A stretch of DNA of 64,000 bases from NCBI GenBank assembly GCA_964564675.1, contig CAZMBI010000008.1:23988-87987 (forward strand), given 5' to 3'. This DNA comes from an uncultured Azospirillaceae bacterium. Its GTDB lineage: Bacteria; Pseudomonadota; Alphaproteobacteria; Rickettsiales; UBA3002. Both the position numbers and the translations under genes were made by a program. Below are positions 55,549 to 64,000 of the stretch, piece by piece (position 1 is the first letter of the stretch; every line of letters begins with the position of its first letter). Below the pieces are notes generated by a model that made no database searches, was not told where the DNA came from, and saw only the letters and a program-made list of their open reading frames with translations.

Positions 55549-56454
55549 TTAGCCGATCGCCGGCAGATGTGGATAAAGCCAGTGTTCGCCCAATAAGGCA
55601 CCAAATAGGGCAAACAGGTACAAAATAGAATAGACAAACATACGGCGGGCGGGGCGGGCTTCGTGCGGGCGGCGGCAGACGGCGGCGTTCAGGAGCAGCA
55701 AATAGCCGCCCAGCCCGAAGGCCAGCAGGCTGTAGACCCAGCCTGAAAAGCCCAGCAGACCGGGCAACAGCGTGAAGGTGACGAGTGCCACGCTATAGGC
55801 CATCATCTGGCGGGCGGTGGCCACTTTGCCATGGGTGACCGGCAGCATGGGCACCCCGGCGCGGGCATAATCTTCCTCTTTAAACAGGGCAAGCGCCCAG
55901 AAATGCGGCGGAGTCCACAGGAAAATGATACCGAATAACAGCAGCGGCTCAAGCGTCAGTCCGCCGCTCATTGCGGCCCAGCCGATCAACGGCGGAAACG
56001 CCCCGGCGGCCCCGCCGATAACGATATTCTGTGGGGTGCGGCGCTTGAGGGCCATGGTATAGATCACCGCGTAAAAGAAAATGGCGAAGCCGAGCAGGCC
56101 GCCGGCCAGCCAGTTTGTGGCCAGTCCCAGCAGCGTGACCGCGGTGATGCTGAGTATGACACCGATGACCAGCGCGTCATCCGCTTGCACCGTTCCCCGC
56201 GGAATGGGGCGATGGGCGGTGCGCCGCATGACGGCGTCGATATCGCGGTCATACCACATATTGATGACTCCGCCGGCGCCGGAGCCCAGCGCGATGCTGA
56301 AAATGGTCAATAGCTGCAAAAACGGATGCAGGTGACCGGGGGCCAGCCACATGCCCACTGCACCGGTAAACACCACCAGCGTCATCACGCGCGGCTTGAG
56401 CAGCGATAGCAGCTCGGCGATGGTGGGGCCGGATGTGTTAGCAAGGCTGGTCAT
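55549..56454 (-). CDS. ctaB: Protoheme IX farnesyltransferase (heme O synthase)
   Basis: Motifs LLKPRVMTLVVFT, NMWYDRDIDAVMRRT, RPIP and WTPPHFWALA. Confidence 0.93.
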   Translation of the reverse strand: MTSLANTSGPTIAELLSLLKPRVMTLVVFTGAVGMWLAPGHLHPFLQLLTIFSIALGSGAGGVINMWYDRDIDAVMRRTAHRPIPRGTVQADDALVIGVILSITAVTLLGLATNWLAGGLLGFAIFFYAVIYTMALKRRTPQNIVIGGAAGAFPPLIGWAAMSGGLTLEPLLLFGIIFLWTPPHFWALALFKEEDYARAGVPMLPVTHGKVATARQMMAYSVALVTFTLLPGLLGFSGWVYSLLAFGLGGYLLLLNAAVCRRPHEARPARRMFVYSILYLFALFGALLGEHWLYPHLPAIG

Positions 56455-56520
56455 AAGGGCTCCAGGTTCCAGGTTTCAGGCTCCAGGATTTTATCGGCAC
56501 CTGAAACCCGACCGCCGGAA

Positions 56521-58161
<1,641 letters not shown>

Positions 58162-58232
58162 TTAGCCCCTGCCCTGGTGCGCTCCCTATCAGGGAATGGA
58201 ACGCCCCGAAGGCGTGGGTTGGGGTATGCCGG

Positions 58233-59072
58233 TTATTCCGCCGCGGCCAGCTGTCGGCTGCCGTCGCTGGCGAATTTCTCCTTGGCATCTTCCAGCCAGG
58301 CGTCGAACGCTTCCTGGCTGACTACTTCGACCTGAATCGGCATAAAACCGTGCAGGCGGCCGCATAATTCGGAGCACTGGCCGTAATAAGTACCCGCTTT
58401 TTCGGCGCGGAACCAGGTTTCGTTCAGGCGGCCGGGCACCGTATCCTGCTTGACACCAAAGGCCGGCATAGCCCAGCTGTGAATGACGTCGCCGCCGGTC
58501 AGCTGCAGGCGCACATCGGCGCCCACCGGCACATAAACCGGGTTGTCAACCGCCAGCAGGCGTGGCTCGCCCGGCTCCAGATCCTCCGGTTGTTTCATAT
58601 AGCTGTCAAAGCGGATGCCGTGTTCGGGATATTCATAGTTCCAATACCATTGATAGCCGATGATTTTCAGCGTTAAATCGGGATCAACCGGTTCGCCGTC
58701 TTCGGTGCAGCCGATAGTGCTCAAGCAATCGAAATGGATGCGAAACGACGGGATGGCGATGGTTACCAGAATCATCACCGGCACCACCGTCCAGATGATT
58801 TCGATCGTGGTGTTGTGCGCGTTCTTGCTCGGATTGGGGTTGGCGCTGCGCCGGAAGCGGATGCAGACATATGCCAGCAGGGACAGGACGAACACGGTGA
58901 TGGCGGTGATGATGACCAGCAGGTAATTGTGTAGGCCGGTAAGCTGCTCCATCACTGGTGTGGCCGGCTTTTGAAAATTCAACTGCCACGGTTCGGCCAT
59001 GCCTTCCGCCGCCAGGGCGGGGGCCGCCATACCGGCGAGCAGAATACCTATGAATAATAGCAGATGACGCAT
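58233..59072 (-). CDS. ctaC: Cytochrome c oxidase subunit II
   Basis: Signal peptide plus two TM segments. CuA site DVIHSW...CSELCGRLHGFM. Confidence 0.95.
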   Translation of the reverse strand: MRHLLLFIGILLAGMAAPALAAEGMAEPWQLNFQKPATPVMEQLTGLHNYLLVIITAITVFVLSLLAYVCIRFRRSANPNPSKNAHNTTIEIIWTVVPVMILVTIAIPSFRIHFDCLSTIGCTEDGEPVDPDLTLKIIGYQWYWNYEYPEHGIRFDSYMKQPEDLEPGEPRLLAVDNPVYVPVGADVRLQLTGGDVIHSWAMPAFGVKQDTVPGRLNETWFRAEKAGTYYGQCSELCGRLHGFMPIQVEVVSQEAFDAWLEDAKEKFASDGSRQLAAAE

Positions 59073-59295
59073 GGCTTCTTTCCACTAAATGCTCTATATT
59101 ATGGTATAAAAGCGCGCATAATTCAATCTTTAGATGGATTCTAAACTGGCATCACGCGCAGAATATAATTAAAATGTTTGTTATCGATGCGCAACGGTTT
59201 TATCGTCGCAATCGTAGACTAATCATGCCATGTGCCGTTCCCGACGCGGCCTTATCTCACGGCGCGCATGGCCCGGAAAGAACCCAAGGAGATTT

Positions 59296-60726
59296 ATGAC
59301 GCATGCCACCAGCCTGTTTTTTGACCGATCCGAGCTTGAGCCCGCACGCACGCAGCAACTGGTTGACGAGCAACTGCACGGACTCGATGATGGTGAGTTA
59401 TTTCTGGAATATAATCAGTCGGAGAGCCTGGTTTATGATGACGGACGGCTGAAAAACGCGTCGTTTAATACTGATCAGGGGTTTGGCCTGCGTGGGGTGA
59501 TGGGCGAGTCCACGGCGCTGGCCCACAGCGGTGAATTATCCGAAGCGGCGCTGACGCGCGCCGGCGAAACGGTGCGCAGCGTGGCCACCGGTCAGGACGG
59601 CGCGGCGAATGTGACGCAGGCGGCGTTCGGCACCAACCGCGCGTTGTATGGGGATGATAACCCGCTGAATGACGTGTGGTTTGCCGACAAGCTGGCGGTG
59701 TTGCAGCAGATTGATGCGTATCTGCGTGCTAAAGACAGCCGGGTTAAGCAGGTCACGGCCTCGCTGTCGGGTATCTGGCAGGCCGTGCATATTATCCGTG
59801 CCGGCGGGCAGACCGCTTCGGATATCCGTCCGCTGGTGCGGCTGAATGTGAATGTGGTGACCGAGGCCAATGGCCGCATGGAAAGCGGATCGGCCGGCGC
59901 TGGAGCGCGCATGCTCTATGCGCCCTATCTGGAAGAAGCCAAATGGCAACAGATCGCCGAAGAAGCACTGCGCCGGGCGCTGACCAATCTGGAAGCGCAT
60001 CCGGCGCCGGCCGGTGAATTCCCGGTGGTGCTGGGGCCGGCCTGGTGCGGTGTGCTGCTGCATGAGGCGGTCGGCCACGGGCTGGAGGGCGACTTCAACC
60101 GCAAAGGCAGTTCAGCCTTCTCGGGCCGTATCGGCGAGCGCGTGGCGGCGCCGGGCGTGACCGTGGTCGATAACGGGACGATGGCGAAGCGCCGCGGCTC
60201 GCTGTCTATTGACGATGAAGGCACGCCCAGCGGCGAGACGGTGCTGATCGAGGACGGGATTTTGAAGGGCTACATGCAGGACCGGCTCAATGCCCGGCTG
60301 ATGGGCGTACCCGCCACCGGCAACGGACGGCGCGAAAGCTATGCCCACAAAACCATGCCGCGCATGACCAATACCTATATGTTAAACGGCGCGCACACGC
60401 CTGAAGAGATCATCGCCAGCCTCGATAAGGGCGTCTACGCCGCCAATTTCGGCGGCGGGCAGGTCGATATCGTCTCCGGTAAATTCGTGTTTTCCGCCTC
60501 GGAAGCCTATTGGGTGGAAAAGGGCCGGATTCAATATCCCATCAAAGGGGCCACGTTAATCGGCAGCGGGCCGCAGGTGATGCAAAAGATTTCCATGATC
60601 GGCAATGACTTAAGCCTCGATGACGGGGTTGGCACCTGCGGCAAGGACGGGCAGTCGGTGCCGGTGGGCGTCGGCCAGCCGACGGTGCGCATCGAGGGGA
60701 TTACGGTCGGCGGGACGGAAGTCTGA
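59296..60726 (+). CDS. tldD: Metalloprotease TldD
   Basis: HEAVGHGLEGDF. SD AAGGAG before the ATG at 59296. The ORF is open from 59230. Confidence 0.92.
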   Translation: MTHATSLFFDRSELEPARTQQLVDEQLHGLDDGELFLEYNQSESLVYDDGRLKNASFNTDQGFGLRGVMGESTALAHSGELSEAALTRAGETVRSVATGQDGAANVTQAAFGTNRALYGDDNPLNDVWFADKLAVLQQIDAYLRAKDSRVKQVTASLSGIWQAVHIIRAGGQTASDIRPLVRLNVNVVTEANGRMESGSAGAGARMLYAPYLEEAKWQQIAEEALRRALTNLEAHPAPAGEFPVVLGPAWCGVLLHEAVGHGLEGDFNRKGSSAFSGRIGERVAAPGVTVVDNGTMAKRRGSLSIDDEGTPSGETVLIEDGILKGYMQDRLNARLMGVPATGNGRRESYAHKTMPRMTNTYMLNGAHTPEEIIASLDKGVYAANFGGGQVDIVSGKFVFSASEAYWVEKGRIQYPIKGATLIGSGPQVMQKISMIGNDLSLDDGVGTCGKDGQSVPVGVGQPTVRIEGITVGGTEV

Positions 60727-61042
60727 GGCATGGAATACGGCAATCAGGCATACGGGAAAACGAAACAACACAAAGGGTTACGCCATTTTTGTGGCATATT
60801 CCCGCAGCCTCGATTCCAAATATGACAGTTGTGTTACAGTTGTGTGAAGTGTTTGTGACAATAGCCCCTTTACGCTTGGTCTGACCCGGGAAAAACGGTA
60901 TGATGAAAGTATGAAAAGGGAGTGAAAACACGCGCAATTTTAATTAATTTTTCCTCCAATTTTCTTAATAAAATTAACCAATAATTAACCGGCATCGGCC
61001 ATACTGAAAGAGTCGATTAGGCGAGCGAGGAGTTAAGGGAAA

Positions 61043-61330
61043 ATGAACACAAGAGCAGACACATCAGATACACGTTCAGCTCAGGTGAATGCGCGAGCGG
61101 AAGAGGAGATGAGCAATGCCAGATGTACAGGCGCTGGGGCCAAAGACCCCAGAGTGGCCAAGGCAGCGCAAGAAATGTTAAAAGATATTGATAAAGAAAT
61201 CGCGCAAAAGGCCGCAGCCAATGTGCCCGTTGTTGCTGGATTGCGAGATTATAATATGGGCTTTGGCGACTCGTCCTCTCACGTGGCTCGGGCAACACAC
61301 GACAAGGGCGCAGGGCGTGGTATGGGCTGA
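61043..61330 (+). CDS. Hypothetical 95-aa hydrophilic protein
   Basis: SD-like AAGGGA before the ATG. GC visibly lower than the core genome. No motif recognised. Confidence 0.4.
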   Translation: MNTRADTSDTRSAQVNARAEEEMSNARCTGAGAKDPRVAKAAQEMLKDIDKEIAQKAAANVPVVAGLRDYNMGFGDSSSHVARATHDKGAGRGMG

Positions 61331-61368
61331 TTGCTCCACCCTCGCGTGGTTCTCCAAATAGTTTTCTT

Positions 61369-61396
61369 TTTACAATTTGTTGTTCCCGCTTATAAT
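61369..61396 (+). promoter_or_regulatory. Near-consensus sigma70-type promoter (TTTACA-N16-TATAAT)
   Basis: TTTACA at 61369-61374 and TATAAT at 61391-61396, 24 nt upstream of the ATG at 61421. Confidence 0.45.
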
Positions 61397-61420
61397 GGCA
61401 GTCACTACAGGTAGCGGGAT

Positions 61421-61801
61421 ATGTCGAATAAATGGGTCACCAAATCATTCAGCAGTAACAGTACCGCCGTGGAAGTGGACCCCGAGCTGCTGGATGAAAA
61501 AGTCGTCATCCTGCTGATGGGGGAAAATAATTTCGGTGACCAGATTTTTTCCTACCTGCAATTAACCCTGCGCAATCTGCAACAGCTCCGGCAATATCTG
61601 ATCAGCGGCGATAAATTTTTGCCTTCCGATTTCGGGACAGTGCTGGCTGCCGGGCGCGGCGAGCCAAGCCAGGAGCTGCGTTCGGAAATGGCGGTGACCT
61701 ACAAAATGGTGGACCGGCCGATTCGCACCGGCGGCAAACCGCAAAAGCAAAAACTGGGTTCGTTTACCCAGAAAGTGGCGCCCTCCGGCGGCAACGATTA
61801 G
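61421..61801 (+). CDS. Hypothetical 126-aa protein
   Basis: An ORF directly downstream of the consensus-like promoter. No motif recognised. Confidence 0.5.
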   Translation: MSNKWVTKSFSSNSTAVEVDPELLDEKVVILLMGENNFGDQIFSYLQLTLRNLQQLRQYLISGDKFLPSDFGTVLAAGRGEPSQELRSEMAVTYKMVDRPIRTGGKPQKQKLGSFTQKVAPSGGND

Positions 61802-62070
61802 GCTCAATCCCCCATTCATTTGTTGTTTTGTTGCTGGCAAAATACCGGTGTTTCTCAGCAAAATTCGTCTCATGGCAAAATAGCAAATGAACGGGGAGGG
61901 GGAAATTTGCCCAACCTGATCGCAGCCCGGCTCGTTGTCAAACCGTGAATTTATCCCCATCTTTCGCGTTGCATATACGAACCTTAACGATTGGTTAAGG
62001 ATTGTGGGGTATGGTCAAGACATTATCGTCTTATCGGGTTGATATGATAATTTCTGGGCCAAGCCCTCAC

Positions 62071-62117
62071 CCTGCCCCTCTCTCGGTGGGAGAGGAAAGC
62101 GAGCGCTAAGCGCTCGC
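62071..62117. repeat. REP-like pair of short GC-rich palindromes
   Basis: CCTCTC-TCGGTGG-GAGAGG followed by GCGAGCGC-TAA-GCGCTCGC. The CCCTCTC/GAGAGGG core resembles the palindrome at 33367-33419. Confidence 0.4.
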
Positions 62118-62210
62118 AGGATAGGGCATCACATCAAACCGAGAAAACGATAGTAATCGGTACAAAGCCTCCACGGCATACGCGGGAGGGAAAACATAAG
62201 CAGGCAAGCG

Positions 62211-62465
62211 ATGACCCATTTAAGCGAAAAAGCATTAACCGATCTGGCCCGTTCGGCCACCGCCATGGGTAAAGTGGTGGAAGCCCATGCCGATACGCAG
62301 GATGTGATCTGCAAGGTCGTGGTCGAGCTGCCCGAATGGGTGAAAAACCCGCAGGTGCGCCGCTCGGTCGCCGAGTTCTGGCAGAATGACGGCTTTATCG
62401 CCACCGTGACCAAGGATGGCCTGCTCATTATCGACGGATTGCGAGGCAGCCATGACACCCACTAA
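62211..62465 (+). CDS. Hypothetical 84-aa protein
   Basis: Genome-typical GC and codon bias. Overlaps the next small ORF by 14 nt. Confidence 0.5.
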   Translation: MTHLSEKALTDLARSATAMGKVVEAHADTQDVICKVVVELPEWVKNPQVRRSVAEFWQNDGFIATVTKDGLLIIDGLRGSHDTH

Positions 62466-62631
62466 GCAAGAACCGTCGCCGGATTATCTGCTAAAAGCGG
62501 TTCAAAGCAAGATTGCAACTGCGCAAGGGCGCGACGGCGTAGAGCAGTCACAGGTTCCAAGTCGGCAAATCGAGCAAGCGCAGCATGGTGGCTCAGTCCA
62601 TGTCGCCGCCTCCAAAGAAATGGGCGTCTAA
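62452..62631 (+). CDS. Hypothetical 59-aa protein (start at MTPTKQE)
   Basis: SD GAGG 5 nt upstream of the ATG at 62452. Coupled to the preceding ORF. Weak call. Confidence 0.3.
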   Translation: MTPTKQEPSPDYLLKAVQSKIATAQGRDGVEQSQVPSRQIEQAQHGGSVHVAASKEMGV

Positions 62632-62711
62632 CGCCTCGCGCAGCCACCTTCCCGGCATTCCCTTCACTTACAGGAACAGGCGCAGCAAAGCGGCCATTTG
62701 CTGGCTGGCGA

Positions 62712-63416
62712 CTAACTGCCGGCGGGTGGAGCAAGCATATCCTGCATGCTATACCAGCCCGGCGGCTGGTTGATCAGCCATTGTGCAGCGGTCAGCGCCC
62801 CGCGCGCAAACAGGCGGCGATCCTGAGCCGCATGCGCCAGCTCCACGCGCTCATATTCCGAGGCAAATAGCACGCGATGCTCGCCGACGATGCCGCCGCC
62901 ACGGGTGACGGCAAAGCCGATACTGCCCGGCTCGCGCGTGCCCAGGCGATCGGTGACCGGTTCAAACGCGATCCGGCGGCCTTCGGCGGCAGCGCGGCCG
63001 AGCGCCAGCGCCGTGCCCGACGGGGCGTCAATTTTGTGCTTGTGGTGCATGTCGGTGATTTCGATGTCATAGGCCGCATCCAGCCGGGCGGCGGCCTGTT
63101 TGACCAGCGACAGCAGCAGATTCACCCCTATACTCATATTGGCCGCCCACAGCACGGGAATGGTGGTGCTGTGCGATTGCAGGCTGGCGAACTGCGCATC
63201 GTTTAAGCCGGTGGTGCCGCTGATAAATGGTATATTGGCCTGTGCCGCCAGCGCGGCGAGGACGACAGTGCGTTCCGGCCGGGTGAAGTCGATCAGCGCA
63301 GCAGCGGCGGGTAATTGATCCGCATTACGCGGCAGCGGGGTGATGGCATGGTCCACCGCTTCCGACTGAATCGCCTGGCCCATGCGGCCTGAGGCACCTG
63401 CGAGCAGAAAGTTCAT
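62712..63416 (-). CDS. dapB: 4-hydroxy-tetrahydrodipicolinate reductase
   Basis: N-terminus LLAGASGRMGQ, plus DFTRPE, EITDMHHKHKIDAPSGTAL and GGIVGEHRVLF. Confidence 0.9.
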   Translation of the reverse strand: MNFLLAGASGRMGQAIQSEAVDHAITPLPRNADQLPAAAALIDFTRPERTVVLAALAAQANIPFISGTTGLNDAQFASLQSHSTTIPVLWAANMSIGVNLLLSLVKQAAARLDAAYDIEITDMHHKHKIDAPSGTALALGRAAAEGRRIAFEPVTDRLGTREPGSIGFAVTRGGGIVGEHRVLFASEYERVELAHAAQDRRLFARGALTAAQWLINQPPGWYSMQDMLAPPAGS

Positions 63417-63493
63417 CGGCTTCTCCTATAGGGGTGAGGGGCGAGGCATGACGCGAGCTTCACCCGCGGTTTTGTATTTCTCACCGCGCCTGC

Positions 63494-64000
63494 CTACTCC
63501 TTCAGATCTTCCCAGAATTCTTTAACCTTGGAGAAAAATCCCTCCGATTCGGGACTGGAGTGTTTCGGGGCGCTTTTATCGAATTCCTCCAGCAGCTCGC
63601 GCTGACGTCTGGAAAGCTTGACCGGGGTTTCGACCTGCACCTCGATATACATGTCGCCGTGCGAGTTGGAACGCAGCACCGTCATGCCTTTGCCACGCAG
63701 GCGGAACTGGTGGCCGCTTTGCGTGCCGGCGGGGATGTTGACCTTGACCCGCCCGCCTTCGATAGTGGGCACTTCGATCGAGCCGCCGAGCGCGGCGGTG
63801 GTGAATTTCAGCGGCACACGGCAAAAGATATTGGCGCCCTCGCGGCGAAAGAGTTTGTGCGGCTTGATCGAGACGAAAATATATAAATCGCCGTTCGGCC
63901 CGCCGCGAAAGCCTGCCTCGCCTTCGCCGGCCAGACGGATGCGCGTGCCTTCTTCCACACCGGCGGGGATATTGACCGACAGAGAGCGCTCCTTGCGCGT
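63494..64000 (-). CDS. dnaJ: Chaperone DnaJ, C-terminal part (5' end beyond the window)
   Basis: Motifs [30 protein letters not shown] and LFEEF-like LLEEF. The frame stays open to position 64000. Confidence 0.92.
   Translation of the reverse strand, partial: TRKERSLSVNIPAGVEEGTRIRLAGEGEAGFRGGPNGDLYIFVSIKPHKLFRREGANIFCRVPLKFTTAALGGSIEVPTIEGGRVKVNIPAGTQSGHQFRLRGKGMTVLRSNSHGDMYIEVQVETPVKLSRRQRELLEEFDKSAPKHSSPESEGFFSKVKEFWEDLKE

Noticed and set aside
56472-56508. 9-bp stem (GGTTTCAGG/CCTGAAACC) with CCAGG-type direct repeats between ctaD and ctaB
   Set aside because: It is a short stem with a 19-nt loop and no T tract. It may be an RNA-processing site, but the evidence is too weak to call a feature.
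61562-61960. 132-aa minus-strand ORF
   Set aside because: It overlaps the promoter-driven plus-strand ORF 61421..61801 in antisense and has no start context or motif.

Overview
High-GC alphaproteobacterial-type chromosomal segment, mostly housekeeping. It carries rlmB, tRNA-Tyr, nadK, hpnCD, hisE/HIT, maf-infA, hisD-hisG-murA-dcd, tRNA-Thr, ubiA, rsmE-gshA, comM, rpoH, rluD, an M16 peptidase, thrC, an M32 carboxypeptidase, a complete aa3 oxidase cluster (ctaC-ctaD-ctaB-ctaG-ctaE-DUF983-SURF1), tldD, dapB and partial dnaJ. Accessory content: (1) a tightly coupled 8-gene photolyase-associated operon (2216-7128) holding an FeS-BCP photolyase and a second photolyase split into two genes in permuted order; (2) a polysaccharide/T1SS-substrate cluster (9849-18130) with manC, a 946-aa GH16-RTX protein bearing three ~143-aa tandem domains, a methyltransferase with a Lys/Ala-rich tail, a GT4 and a serralysin-like RTX protease; (3) an atypical soluble MCP-tip + Cache-like protein; (4) four visibly AT-rich islets of orphan genes (about 1252-1722, 31440-32300, 47000-47900, 60730-61800). 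The islet next to tRNA-Thr carries an overlapping two-gene module with a HEPN-like protein and is my best candidate for an undescribed toxin-antitoxin or defence system. There are also signs of gene decay (a disrupted CDF gene, an OmpW relic, an in-frame TAG in an MBL gene, a frameshifted ORF) and several inverted-repeat/REP-like elements. All functional calls come from motif recognition by eye; no searches were run.
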